DNA of 59,949 nucleotides, counting the filler. It is 10 parts of 10 records of this genome, joined end to end, with 100 filler letters (N's around TTAATTAATTAA, not from the genome) between each part and the next. Parts side by side here need not be neighbours in the genome. Positions count along the whole stretch, not along the records: positions 31,394 to 36,621 come from SRR31147125_171049; positions 36,722 to 41,965 come from SRR31147125_171759; positions 42,066 to 47,118 come from SRR31147125_172112; 7 more parts are not named here. One strand, written 5' to 3'. The notes under the pieces are model-generated. The model made no database searches. It saw only the letters and a program-made list of their open reading frames with translations, and was not told where the DNA came from. Numbering within the stretch: the stretch's first letter is position 1; every line of letters begins with the position of its first letter. The translations under genes were made by a program, and so were the position numbers. Shown here in pieces: positions 33,189 to 44,811 of the stretch.

Positions 33189-33275
33189 TGTGAAACTCCT
33201 TTTCACAGGATGGGCAATTGTTATTGGTGAATTTAAACGAATTGAAGCAGAAGCTGTAGGGACAGAGGTTGATTA

Positions 33276-33320
33276 TTGGATGGATACAGTTTATTTTTTC
33301 GAAAAACTGTATCCATCCAA
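33276..33320. promoter_or_regulatory. Probable MocR-family operator (perfect 17-bp inverted repeat)
   Basis: TTGGATGGATACAGTTT-N11-AAACTGTATCCATCCAA, plus a further AACTGT at about 33330, in the divergent intergenic region. Confidence 0.7.
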
Positions 33321-33435
33321 TTTGGCCTGAACTGTGTATTTTATTTGTGGTTCAATTGGATTATGTTTTTTCATAGTTTGTGTCCCCCCAAGCCGGATGG
33401 GCCAGAGTAGCCGGCGTTCGATCAAGGAGTCGATT

Positions 33436-34911
33436 ATGCGAAATGAGATGCCCCGATACGAACAGGTGGCCAGTCGTATCCGCCATTTGATCGAAAACGG
33501 CAGCCTCAAGGAAGGTGAACGCCTCCCTTCACTCAGGCGGTTGAGCAAAGAGATGCGGGTGAGCATCAACACCGTAAAAGAGGCTTATTGGCGCCTGGAA
33601 AACCAGAACCATATTACCGCGGTGCCCCAATCCGGATTCTATGTGAAGAAGCAGCCGCTGCTCAATAGTAACGGCAGCGCGATCGATCCAACCAAAATGG
33701 ATCCCCAGGAGATCACCCTGTGCCAAATCTTCGGTGCTTACCAGGAGGCCGGGCAGGCTACGCCGGAGATCCAATTGGCCGTGTCGCATATGGATCCGAA
33801 ATTTTGGCCTTCCGAAATCTTCGGACGCTATTTTCAGGAGGCGGCCCGCAAGCAGCCGGAGGAGGTTTTCACCTATCTCATCGCGCCTGGAAGTCGTGCG
33901 TTGCGTGAACAGATCGCCAAGCAGGGACTTTCGTGCGGGCTGGATATCTCACCGGAGGAGGTGGTGATCACCAATGGTTGCCAGGAGGCGCTCTTTTTAG
34001 CCTTGATGACCATTTGCGAACCGGGAGACACGGTCGTTCTGGAGAGCCCGGTCTATTTCAGCCTGCTGGACCTGCTGCAGCAACTGAAGTTGAAGATCAT
34101 CGAGATTCCAGCCACCGACGACGAAGGGATTCGCCTGGAGACCTTGCAGTTCGTGCTTGAGAACCAACCGGTCAAGGTGATGTTTTCCATTCCTCATTTC
34201 AACAATCCCATGGGGTTCAGTCTTCCGTCATGGAAGAAAAAAAACTGGTGCAGCTTCTTGCTCGCTATGATGTACCGTTGATCGAAGACGACATATACGG
34301 CGATCTGAGTTTCGGGGCGAGACCCGAGCCGTGCAAGGTTTACGACAGCCGGGGGGAAGTGATCCTGTGTTCCTCGTTTTCCAAGACCATCGCCCCGGGC
34401 CTGAGGGTTGGCTGGATGCTACCGGGCAAGTACACCCCTATGGTCAACCGGATGAAAACCCTGGTCAACATATCCAGTACACCGATCAACCAAGTCGCCG
34501 TGGCGCGTTTTTGAGAGAGGGGGATATCAGCAGCATTTGCGGAGAGTGCGTCGGAAACTGCAAAGCCATATCGAGGCGTTTCGCACATGCATCCTGAAGC
34601 ATTTCCCATCCGGCACCAAAGTGACACGTCCGGATGGCGGCCTCTTCGTGTGGATCGAACTGCCGCCTGAGTTCAACTCCGATGTGTTGTATCGCAAGGC
34701 GGTGCAGGCCGGCATTCTCTTTGCCCCCGGCTCGCTTTTTACCATCAAGGGAACCTATAACCATCACCTGCGCCTGAGCGCTGGAACGTGGAATGCGCGC
34801 ATCGAGAAAGCGATCATCGACCTGGGACGTTTGTGTACCAAAATGAAGGGCACGCGCAACGCGGATAATGTTAATCGGGTTGAGACGGTTCAGTCAATGA
34901 CGTTGAGTTGA
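33436..34911 (+). CDS. MocR/GabR-family PLP-dependent transcription regulator (three apparent single-base losses, near 34240 and 34510-34525)
   Basis: GntR wHTH (GERLPSLRRLS..VSINTV..AY..LE..PQSGFYV), aminotransferase domain (NNPMG, IEDDIY, SSFSKTIAPGLRVGW). RBS AAGGAG. Confidence 0.92.
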
Positions 34912-34931
34912 GGTTTTAACACTACCGATTT

Positions 34932-35025
34932 GGGCGGGGGATAAACCCCGTCCCTACACGGTTTTTGTTTGGCGAGAATTTCTGTTTGCTATCACTTTTA
35001 GTAGAGGCGGGCTTTATGCCCGCCC
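34932..35025. repeat. GTAG-family REP doublet (REPIN-like)
   Basis: Minus strand GTAG-GGACGGGGTTTATCCCCCGCCC (34932-34957) and plus strand GTAG-AGGCGGGCTTTATGCCCGCCC (35001-35025), inverted, with a 43-nt spacer, between convergent genes. Confidence 0.7.
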
Positions 35026-35034
35026 GTCGCGGCA

Positions 35035-36207
35035 TCACTCGGCAGCGCACATCAGTTCGGCGATATCCTTCACCTGAATTTTTTCTTCGAGCCCCTCCAC
35101 TTTTACCGCGTCTTCGAGCATGGTCAGACAATTTGGGCAGGCCACAGCAAGGATATTCGCGCCAGTCTCTTGCGCCTGCCGTACCCGGATTCGGGCTGGA
35201 CTGCTTTCGCTGCCGCCCAACAGATCGGTGAAGTAGTTACCGGATCCGCCTCCGCAGCAGAGGGCGCTCTTGCGGTTGCGTGCCATTTCCACCAGTTGCG
35301 CACCGCCGATGGCCTGAAGAGCCTTTCTGGGAGCTTTGTATTCGCCATTCCAGCGTCCAAGAAAGCATGGGTCGTGGTACGTGACGGAGGCGCCGTCAAG
35401 TTCGGGCGGTTTGATTCTGCCTGCCTTGATAAGACCCGGAAGGATTTGTGTGTAGTGCATCACCTCAAAGTAGCCGCCGAAGCGCGGGTAGATGTTTTTA
35501 AATGCATTGTAAGCATGGGGCGACAGGGTGATGATCTTTTTTACACCCAGCGTTTTGAATCGTGAGATGTTTTTTTCGGCGACCATTTCCAATAAGCCGT
35601 CTTCACCGAGCATTTCAACCTCGTTCCCGTCGTCGGTCTCATCGTTGCCCATGACACCGAAGGAGACCTCGGCGCTTAGCATTACCTTTGCCAGGGATGC
35701 CGCTGCAAATTGTGCGCGGCTGTCGTAGGCGCCTTCGCTGCCGACGAAAAAGAGGAACTCCTGATCTTGATAGGGGGGCAGGGCGAGACCTTCCATCCAG
35801 TCACTGCGCTTTTTGGCTGCAATGCCGAAAGGGTTGCCGTGGAGCTGGATGTTCTCCAGATACTTTTTCACCGCCGGTGGCATGCGTCCCTGTTCAACCA
35901 TCTCAGTGCGGGCTGCAATCAACATGTTCAGAATATCATCGGAGAAGGAGAGCGGGCATTTCTCTTCGCAGTTTTTACAAGCCACACAAGAGTAGACGAT
36001 GTCAGCCAGATGGTCGGAGAGTTCTATCTCACCGGTCAACCACGCCCGGATCAGCCAGAGGCGGCCTCCATTGGAGTAGCTCTCCAGGCGGTGTCGGGCA
36101 TAGGAGGGGCAGTTGTCGACATCTTCCCAATCCTGGGGGAATTTGCAATAACCACAGCGAAAACAACGGTGAATCACATCTTTGTATTTGTATTCTGTCA
36201 GTGCCAT
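35035..36207 (-). CDS. Fe-S oxidoreductase with CCG domain (GlpC/HdrD-like)
   Basis: CFRCGYC..CP, CVACKNCEEKCP, YHDPCFLGR, CCGGG, ACPNC. Confidence 0.92.
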   Translation of the reverse strand: MALTEYKYKDVIHRCFRCGYCKFPQDWEDVDNCPSYARHRLESYSNGGRLWLIRAWLTGEIELSDHLADIVYSCVACKNCEEKCPLSFSDDILNMLIAARTEMVEQGRMPPAVKKYLENIQLHGNPFGIAAKKRSDWMEGLALPPYQDQEFLFFVGSEGAYDSRAQFAAASLAKVMLSAEVSFGVMGNDETDDGNEVEMLGEDGLLEMVAEKNISRFKTLGVKKIITLSPHAYNAFKNIYPRFGGYFEVMHYTQILPGLIKAGRIKPPELDGASVTYHDPCFLGRWNGEYKAPRKALQAIGGAQLVEMARNRKSALCCGGGSGNYFTDLLGGSESSPARIRVRQAQETGANILAVACPNCLTMLEDAVKVEGLEEKIQVKDIAELMCAAE

Positions 36208-36621
36208 CAGGCCACCTCCCAATTCCCTGGATTCATGATGCCGTTGGGGTCAAGCAGATGCTTTACTTTTTTCATCATCCGGAGCGTGTTGTTATCCATC
36301 CGGTCCATAACGAGTTTCTGTCCGAATACGGCCGGTTTCCAAAGGGTCCCTCCCAGCTCCAGCACCATCTCGTCGGTCTCGTGCAGCGCCTCCCGGGCAT
36401 GGCGCACCGTCTCCTCATCCGCCCGGTTGAAGGCGAAGGTCCAGGAGAACATCATCCCGTGACCGCTGCCGATCACCCGCCCCAGAACCGTATAGGGGAT
36501 GCCGTGCCGTCCGGATATCTCACTGCCGCGGCGATAGCACTCCGGATAGAAAGAGACGGGAACAATCGCGCCGACATACTCGAATCCACCTCCTTTTCTC
36601 CAGTCTGAGGTTTTACTGACT
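36207..36621 (-). CDS. FAD-linked oxidoreductase C-terminus (GlcD/VAO family; 5'-partial, probable frameshift)
   Basis: Ends with KKVKHLLDPNGIMNPG. Stop overlaps the start of the Fe-S partner (TGATG). Confidence 0.85.
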
Positions 36622-36721
36622 NNNNNNNNNNNNNNNNNNNNNNNNNNNNNNNNNNNNNNNNNNNNTTAATTAATTAANNNNNNNNNNNNNNNNNNNNNNN
36701 NNNNNNNNNNNNNNNNNNNNN
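36622..36721. other. Artificial contig spacer
   Basis: N44-TTAATTAATTAA-N44. Confidence 0.99.
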
Positions 36722-36747
36722 AGCTTGCCCCGGAGCACGCTTTTCGC

Positions 36748-38473
36748 CTACTCACTTTCCTGCCGATAACGTTGTTCGATCTCATCGGAGAGTTGATCGG
36801 CAAATGAGGACAGATCGTGTGCACCAGAATGGTATTTCTCCAATTGTTCAACGCTCATCGCCAAATCATGATCACCGAATATCGCAAAAATCCAGTGCGA
36901 GAAATCATGCCGATGCAGATGGCCGGAGATGATGTCAGCCCCCTGCTTTCTGACGCTTTTTGCAAGTCCATGTAGGGAATAAACCGGTTCCCCGACAGCG
37001 GCCCCGCTCCGGGTATAAACAAACGCCTGTTCATCGTGCAGGCGGGTATCGAAATATTTGTTTCGGTGTCGGACGTGCATGGTCAGGCGAGGAACAACAG
37101 AAAACCGAACCGGCTTTTCTGCCGCCTCTTCGGTCGGAGGCAGCAATACCGCTTCCGTTCTCTTCAGATTGGCAAGGATATCGCCCCAGTCATCCCCAGA
37201 GTCCGGGTCCTTGAAACGGCTGATTGCAGCTACCTCTCTGTCTTCGGTGATCCTCGTGGCCACCAGCACTTCCGCTCTCTCAACAACTTTTTCAGGCAGC
37301 ATCGAAGGCTGGTAGGTGACGAGGATATACGATTCGAGATCGGGGTCAAGCATGCTCTCCTCCAGCTCATCGTCCAGGAAATAGTGACACTCATCGACGA
37401 GGATGGCGTGGGGGTAGCCTCGGTCCCTGCGGTATTTGGCGGTAAGCGGCATCAGCTTCCTGATATAGACTTTCTTCTCTTCAAAACTCAACTGCGACAA
37501 ATTGATAATGAGGCTCAGGCCCTGCCGAAACAGCGACAGCATATACTGTAATTCGGGAAGGGGGTACCGGCACCGACCACCAGCGTATTGGGCAGTGTCG
37601 CCAGGCTCCCGTAGTCCCCCTCCGGATCGATCACAATGACCGTGTAGCGCTGCTGGATCAACTGTTCGCAGAAAAGGCCGGCGATCCACGACTTACCGCT
37701 TTTCGAGTCCCCGACAATGAGGATATTTCGCCCCCGGTTGGCGATCTCGAACGACGACTGGCCCGCTGCAGACTCCAGTACCAGGTTGCGATGACTCATG
37801 CCCCGTGTGGGAAGGCGATTGTGTGAAGAAACCGAGCGAATATAGTCCGCCACGCTGGCCGGGTCGTCGCCCTGAATCACATAATCCGCTTCCGCTTTCA
37901 AAAATTCCGGCGCCCAGCCTACGGTAACGCCATATTCGCAGTCCTTGATGAGTTCGTAGTCATTTTCCGCATCCCCGATACCGATCGTGTTGTGAATGGA
38001 CGTCCCGAGGATATCGAGCATCTCCTCAACCCGCTCGATTTACTTATCATTCTGGGAAGGATCATCATCCGGTTGTTATTGAAGACGATCATTAACGGTA
38101 ACGCCTTCTGCCTGATGATGGAAAGCACCGTTTTGTCGTGCTCTGCATCCATATCGAGCAGACAGCGACCGACGACGAATTCGATGCCGCGATCGCTGAG
38201 TTCATGCATCATCAATCCGAAAGGCGGTGGCCCGAGCAACCTGCGGTGCCCGTTGGCAAGCAGAATGACCCCACCGTTTTCGGCCACGACGCCATCCACA
38301 AAGCTCAGATCACCGATCATCCTCCGCAGTTCACGCAGGATGCGGCCGGTGACAATCACTATGTACAGACCGGATGAACGGGCCTCAGAAATAGCCTCCC
38401 GGACACGTTCATTGAGGACATTGTTTTCAGCGATCGTGCCGTCGTAATCGACCGCGATTGCTCGTAACAGCAT
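36748..38473 (-). CDS. HAD-IIB phosphatase fused to a P-loop ATPase and a C-terminal helical domain (frameshifts near 38025 and 37560)
   Basis: DYDGT, VTGR, AENG, SK, GDAEND. Then Walker A GDSKSGKS, IDPEGDY, Walker B ILVDECH. Tail HRHDFSHWI..GD..LA. About 575 aa when repaired. Confidence 0.85.
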
Positions 38474-38931
38474 CAGCTTTCCAGTGGTGTACCTTTGAAC
38501 GGGTTCATAACCAGAACCGGACAATGGGCATGTTTCACCACGCGCCTGGCGACGCTGCCGAGCAAGATGCTTTCCAGTCCCTTCGTCCCATGAGTACTGA
38601 TAATGATCAGATCACCATTGTTTTCTTTGGCATACTGTACGATATCCCGGACCGGTTCACCCGTAACCACCTCCCCCGTGGACCCCTCACAGCGCTCCTG
38701 CATGGCTGCAACCAGCTCTTTCATCCGCCGCTGCATTTCCTTTCTGTAACGTGTCTGAAACTCGGCGGACAACGGCGCTCCCAGCATCGCATCGCCCGAT
38801 ACCAGATTCACGACATTGACAAAATTCAATTTCGCAGACAGGGCTTCGCCTATGTATGCCGCATAATTCACGAGTTTGTCCGTATTTTCATAGAAATCCA
38901 CCGGTACGACAATTGTTTTGATGTGTTCCAT
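38473..38931 (-). CDS. Universal stress protein
   Basis: IVVPVDF, DLIIISTHG..G...ILLGSVARRVVKHAHCPVLV. Stop overlaps the HAD start. Confidence 0.93.
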   Translation of the reverse strand: MEHIKTIVVPVDFYENTDKLVNYAAYIGEALSAKLNFVNVVNLVSGDAMLGAPLSAEFQTRYRKEMQRRMKELVAAMQERCEGSTGEVVTGEPVRDIVQYAKENNGDLIIISTHGTKGLESILLGSVARRVVKHAHCPVLVMNPFKGTPLES

Positions 38932-39157
38932 TGTGTCCACCTCATTCGGTTACTGAGACCTCTAGTTCCCGGCCGGTCCTTTCCGCTTCCGCCTCAATCT
39001 TTATGGACAAAGACCGAAAGCGCGACACAGCAGCTGCAGTCTCATGCTTTTATTTATTTGCCTGCATATTGCGTGCCACCCGGTGAGTCTCCATCCCGGC
39101 ATATGACTGGCATGTGATATGCAATAAAGAACAAGATACAGAACACTGGAGGTTACG

Positions 39158-39766
39158 ATGATTTCATTTGCTATCTTTCCGTGCAGGTTTACCGACAGCG
39201 CCAGAGTATTGGGTGAGTTGTCCTATACCTTGTCCATACCCGTGCACACAGATCAGATGATCCTGACCGAATTGGCGGATCAACTTGATAGAGACGTCGG
39301 CTACCTGAAGAAACGACTGTTCGGGTGGGCAAACCGGGCAGGCTTCGCCGGAATGGAGAAGAACCTGCTTATCGACGCAGTGCAGGACCGCATCAACAGT
39401 CTGCAGACTGAACCCGACGACCATCTGTACTATGGTTTCTTTACGTCGCTGATCGGTCAGTCCTCCGGCCTGCCGCATCGGTTGCTGATCTACAGCGAAG
39501 AAGACCGCCGGGTTACGCGCGGCATGCGCATGGAAAAGCTGACGTATTCCAAGGCATTGAAAATAGTCAGGGAGCATGATCGTAAAGCCGCCTGCTGGAC
39601 CAGATTCCTGTTCGATCGCGATCCCTACGACCCGGCTCTGTACGATATCGTCGTCATGTATGAAAATCAGGATTTGTTCGACGTGGTTTCATACATCTGC
39701 ATCATAGCCGAAACGGACGATCTGAAGAACTCGCAGCATCAGACAGGCAGCTTATATTGTGCATAG
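39158..39766 (+). CDS. Cytidylate-kinase-like family protein (degenerate)
   Basis: REHDRKAACWTRFLFDRDPYDPALYDIVV pattern. No intact P-loop seen. Confidence 0.65.
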   Translation: MISFAIFPCRFTDSARVLGELSYTLSIPVHTDQMILTELADQLDRDVGYLKKRLFGWANRAGFAGMEKNLLIDAVQDRINSLQTEPDDHLYYGFFTSLIGQSSGLPHRLLIYSEEDRRVTRGMRMEKLTYSKALKIVREHDRKAACWTRFLFDRDPYDPALYDIVVMYENQDLFDVVSYICIIAETDDLKNSQHQTGSLYCA

Positions 39767-39856
39767 TTCTACCGAATACCGCGAAAAGAGGTGTCCGTCA
39801 CAAGACATTACTGGTATTACATCACCAGATTCCGCGTACCAGCAGGAGCAACCGAT

Positions 39857-41311
39857 ATGCGCATTCCGATAAGCCTGAGGAGCAGACTGTTTGTTATTTT
39901 CCTGGCGATGTTTCTAATCGTTCTGGTCTGCAGCATCAGTGCCGCATGGAACGCATACCGGGTCAACCGCATGCTTGCCGGTACCATGCACAAGGATCTG
40001 GCGTTGTACAAAAGCACCCAGGAAATGGCGCTGGCGCTGGCCAACCAGAAAGGCTACCTTACCTACTATTTCGTGGACGGTAACGAAACATGGATCGATT
40101 CCCTGGAACACTATCAGCAGCAGTTCCACAAAAAACTCGAGGATGCCCTCGCGCTCGATATCGACGACCAGCAGGATAGTTCGCTGCAGGCAATTAACCG
40201 GGAATACGACAACTATCTGCAGGCCAAGGACAGGGCCATAGAGGAATATCTGTCAAGTCCGGGCCCCGAGTTCATTTCAGGCAACCATGAACGCCAGCGA
40301 CAGTTTTTTTTCACGCTTCTCGAAGCATGCCGTTCTTTCAGCGACTACCAGTGGCAAGAGATTTCCGAATCCAGGGAAGTTGCAATTCAACGCTCGAACA
40401 AACTTGCCCTGACTGCCATGTGGTCGATGGCTGCCTTCATCGGATTGTGCGGTCTTTTTCTTTTTGTCCTCTATCGACAGATTCTTGCCCCTATCCATAA
40501 ACTCGCTGTGGAAACCGGGGGCACTGCTACCGATCATTCACTCAGCGATGTCGACTCATTGAGCCATACGTTGAAAGACATTAAAAAAGATATTGACGCA
40601 ACCCATTCTGAACTGCACAAAAGCAGGAAGAATCTTATCCAGGCAGAGCGGATGGCGGTAGTCGGTGAACTTGCCGCTGGTGTCGCCCATACTATCAGAA
40701 ATCCGCTGACATCGATCAAGATGCGCATGTTCTCACTGTCCCGTTCACTGGATCCGAATCATGAACAAAATGAAGATCTGCAGGTAATTTCAAGTGAGAT
40801 CGAACGCATCGATAAGATTGTCAGCAATTTTATCGTATTCGCACGTCCGCCGAAATTGAAACTCGAGTCTCACAGCCTGGAAGAGTTGATCCGTTCGGTC
40901 TGCGTGCTGATGAAATATCGACTTGCGAAATACGATATGAAAATCGTTTTTGATTATAATTCCGGATTGTCTGAAATCATGGTGGACGGCGATCAGATCC
41001 GGGAAGCGTTGCTCAACCTGCTGACAAACAGTTGCGAAGCAATGGAGCCCGGGGGATCCATCCGCATCGCCGGCTCACGCGAACATCATCCACAACTTGG
41101 AGAGCTTATTGTTTTATCGATACGGGACAATGGCCCCGGCATTTCAGCTTCCATTGTGGATAAAGTGACGCAACCATTTTTCACCACCAAGGAAGAGGGA
41201 TCGGGGCTTGGTCTTTCCACCGTTGTCAGAATCGTCGAAGAGCATGGGGGGGAGCTTGCCATCCCCGTCGTTGACCACGGCTGTGAAATAATCATCAAAC
41301 TGCCTGCCTGA
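39857..41311 (+). CDS. Membrane sensor histidine kinase
   Basis: Two TM segments flanking a helical sensor, H-box [38 protein letters not shown]. Confidence 0.93.
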   Translation: MRIPISLRSRLFVIFLAMFLIVLVCSISAAWNAYRVNRMLAGTMHKDLALYKSTQEMALALANQKGYLTYYFVDGNETWIDSLEHYQQQFHKKLEDALALDIDDQQDSSLQAINREYDNYLQAKDRAIEEYLSSPGPEFISGNHERQRQFFFTLLEACRSFSDYQWQEISESREVAIQRSNKLALTAMWSMAAFIGLCGLFLFVLYRQILAPIHKLAVETGGTATDHSLSDVDSLSHTLKDIKKDIDATHSELHKSRKNLIQAERMAVVGELAAGVAHTIRNPLTSIKMRMFSLSRSLDPNHEQNEDLQVISSEIERIDKIVSNFIVFARPPKLKLESHSLEELIRSVCVLMKYRLAKYDMKIVFDYNSGLSEIMVDGDQIREALLNLLTNSCEAMEPGGSIRIAGSREHHPQLGELIVLSIRDNGPGISASIVDKVTQPFFTTKEEGSGLGLSTVVRIVEEHGGELAIPVVDHGCEIIIKLPA

Positions 41312-41321
41312 AGGAACAGCT

Positions 41322-41965
41322 ATGAGCTTGATACTGATCATTGACGACGACAGACAATTGTCCATCAGTTTCTCGAAAATCCTGACGCAGGAAGGCTATA
41401 CTACGGCTACAGCAGGCAACGGCCGTGAAGGCATCGAACAAAGCACGACGCTGTCACCCGACCTGGTTATTCTCGACGTTCGCCTCCCCGATATGAGTGG
41501 ACTCGATGTATTCGATGCCATCCACGCACAATTCCCGAAGCTGCCGGTGATCATTATCACCGCCTTCGGCAACACGGAAACAGCAATCAACGCAATTCAG
41601 AAGGGGGCGTACGATTTTATCTACAAACCGTTCGATGTACCCGAAATACTGCAACTCGTCGAAAAGGCGATCGTCATCGGTCACTGCATGACCTCCCCTG
41701 TCGAGGTAAATCCGTGCGCCGAAAACTTCTCCGGACGGGATGCACTGGTCGGGAACAGCAGACAGATGCTCGAGGTTTACAAGTCCATCGGCAGGGTAAG
41801 CTCCACCGACGCCACCGTGCTGATCCGCGGAGAATCAGGAACCGGCAAGGAGCTCGCGTCCCGCGCGATCTACAACCACTCGAGCCGCACGGACATGCCG
41901 TTCATGGTCATCAATTGCGTGGCAATCCCCGAAACCCTGCTTGAAAGCGAGCTTTTCGGCTACGA
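41322..41965 (+). CDS. Sigma54-dependent response regulator (NtrC family; 3'-partial)
   Basis: REC domain, then GESGTGKE and LLESELFG. Confidence 0.95.
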
Positions 41966-42065
41966 NNNNNNNNNNNNNNNNNNNNNNNNNNNNNNNNNNN
42001 NNNNNNNNNTTAATTAATTAANNNNNNNNNNNNNNNNNNNNNNNNNNNNNNNNNNNNNNNNNNNN
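41966..42065. other. Artificial contig spacer
   Basis: N44-TTAATTAATTAA-N44. Confidence 0.99.
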
Positions 42066-44734
42066 AAGGGTGTGTGCGGGGCGGGGTTGAGGGGCGGAAC
42101 GAACAAACGAACGGTCCGGCGGGACAGGAGCCCACGCGAACTGTGTGACGATGGAGGGGCACACTCCTACTCATATGGCGTCGCTTTCGGGTCGTATGGA
42201 CATTCTTCGAGTGCTTGGGGTGAGGGCACGTGATGTTTCTTCCACTCACGCTCAACGCACCACCACCTCAGCCCAAAGTTGGCAATCGCATTCGTATAGG
42301 ACATGAATCCTTCACACAGCTTGTACGCAAACTGAACCTGCAGATGGAAGCCGGGTTCGCGTTTGAATCGTTTCGTCTTTTTGAGTATTGTGACATGACA
42401 CTTCACTGAGACAGTGGAGGTCCTGGTCTTGCGCGTCGTGGCTCTATTCGTCTCGATCACCGCGATTTCTCTGGGTTCGTCCGACTTCTTCAGGTGCGCA
42501 GATCCGGGCCCTTTGGGCTGCTGTCGTGTTCGTTGTGTCTGATGTGGTTGATGATTCCACAGGGGCTGCGCATTGCTGCAACAGAAGGGGGTGATCGTGT
42601 AGTCAAACCTCTCCCTCCGCTTCCACCCCTGCGTCGAAGGCGTCCTGGGGGTGCCGATTCAACGTCCCTGGCTCCACCTTCTCCCTCTGGGTCCAGAAAC
42701 AGGCACGCAGAGGGATTTGGACGGTTGTTAGATTTGTTCTGACGTGTTTGGCGTGGCTGGCTCTCTAGTGATGGCTCACCTATGGGCCCGTCGCCACGGA
42801 TCCCAGGTGCTGAGACATTGCTTGAGAAGGCAGTTGGTGATGGAGGAGAGATTAACTGGGAACGGGTATGTGAGGATGGGATTGGACCTTGGTTGGACCT
42901 TGGTCTCGCTGATGTGGCACGGCCCATCCAGGTGGAAGACGACGTACAAGGCTTGTTGTATCAAGCGACACAGAGGAAGGATGCAAAGATGGCTGCTCGT
43001 ATACAGAAGCGACGTGATAGAGATGCCGCCAAGAAAGCTGAGGTACTGGTGCACCCTCTCAACAGACTGCGTGTGATTGATGTTCGCGGATCGCACCAGG
43101 CACAAGCGGCCGTAGAAAGTGAGATTCCATCTGGCCGTGTGACTTCTGTTAGGGAAACGCTCGAGGTTGTCCCAGGTTTGTGTCCTCAATCGATTGGAGA
43201 GGTTCCTTCCCCGTGCGAGAACTGATGGCACGATGACATCTCAGATGATGTGTCGGAGATGGGATCGGAAACGACGCGGAGTGATGTGACGTCCACCATC
43301 TCTGATGGCGAGGGGCATGAACTTAAGACATATCTCGAGACAGTAATGCAAGAGGCCGAGAGGGTTGATAAGGCCCAAGGAGACAATGTCGACGATGAGG
43401 ATTTCTGGTCTCGCGTTGAGGATGAGTGCGTGTCGACACACCTGGGGTGACATTGTTCCTCACACACCTTTTGGCAGGTACTGGAAGAAGAAAGATAAGC
43501 AATCCCCTGATTTTTCACTGGCTGCACAGCGGAAACGAGACGCGGAGGTACGTTGTTTCGTTTTCTCTTTGTCCTTGTTAATGGGGGAGGGATGAGTACA
43601 GTCCGCAGCTGCCTTGGCGAAGGCGAGAGAGGAAGAAGCGCGGCGTCTGGTGGAAGATGATCGAATTAGAGAACAGAAACAAAAGGAAAGAGAGGAGCGT
43701 CGGCAACGAAGGAAGGAGCGGAAACGATTGGAACGAAGTGAACGAAAGATCAAAGAACAACAAGAGCGTCGAGTTCAGAGGGAGAAGCGTCGTGATGCCC
43801 GTAAGAAACTGACTTCATCTGCGGGATACGGTGTGTAGGGGAGGATGGAGGGATGGATGAGTGGATTCTCATAGGATCGCCGCCGCCAGATGATTCACTC
43901 AGCGATCTCGATAGTACTGGATCCTCGATTTTGTCTAGCTGTTCCAGTCTCTCTGATGAAGACGTCCTCTGGCTTCAGCGCAAGCGAGAACAGCTTCAAG
44001 CTGCGCGTAGTCGGGCAGAATCCCTCAAGGATGTGAAAGACAGAGTGTCGGAACGTCAACGTGCCTCCTCCGTGCCCATGGTGGACTACGACGAGGGCAG
44101 GGAGGGCCCCCCTCAATCCCCTAAGTTGGCAAACCCACTCGTGCGGGTTGCACTGGGTGAACGTGGCCGATCCTTATCGGACCACACTCTTCTCACCCCG
44201 GCCGACAACACCTCTGATCAATCGCTCTCCTCTCTGCGTCACCCTTCTTCACTCACTCCACGGCGTCGTTCGGGTTCGGGCGGACATGGGACAGCGTTTT
44301 GGAGTGCACTGGAGCAACGTGAAGACAGTCTGCCTGGAGTCCTCAAGGGTGTTCAGAAGCTACGGGCCGAAGAGTCTCCTCGTTCCACATCTCCTTCCTC
44401 TCCTTCCTCTGTTGTTCCCATGACACGCAAGCATTCATGGAACGCACCACCTCCTCGGCCACCACGCACAACCTCTTCTCGTATCCCGATTCCGATCGAA
44501 ACAGCTCCCGTCCCCGACTATTCCCAGGACGACCCACAACTTCAACCCGAGACCGTGGATGCATTCCAAGTGAGACGAACAAATCGCAGGATATCGTCCC
44601 ATGGGGCGCGATGGTGGGAATTCTGCTCTGATGAAGAGGAAACGGTGGAGATCGAGGCGAACGGGGATCTGGAAACGGGAACCGAATTCGAGGAGTACGC
44701 CGCCTCATGGGCCGATCCCTCGTTTGTAGTATAG
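42066..44734 (+). CDS. Multi-exon eukaryotic gene, hypothetical protein with a charged coiled coil and Ser/Pro-rich tail (5'-partial)
   Basis: The short plus-strand ORFs join in frame through GT-AG introns, e.g. 42494-42560, 43043-43099, 43176-43244 and 43831-43874. Confidence 0.6.
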
Positions 44735-44811
44735 AGTTTGTTTGCTTGTTTGTTTGTACACACATCCTTCAGGTGTTCTTCCCATCGCACAGGGCAAAGG
44801 TGAGGCGATTG

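Noticed and set aside
43223-43450. In-frame TGA read-through (recoding or selenocysteine) in the eukaryotic contig
   Set aside because: The stops fall inside plausible GT-AG introns (e.g. 43176-43244), so the standard code suffices.
43839-43852. Shine-Dalgarno-like GGAGG before ORF 43853, suggesting an operon
   Set aside because: It lies within a phase-compatible 44-nt intron (43831-43874) that joins the two ORFs.
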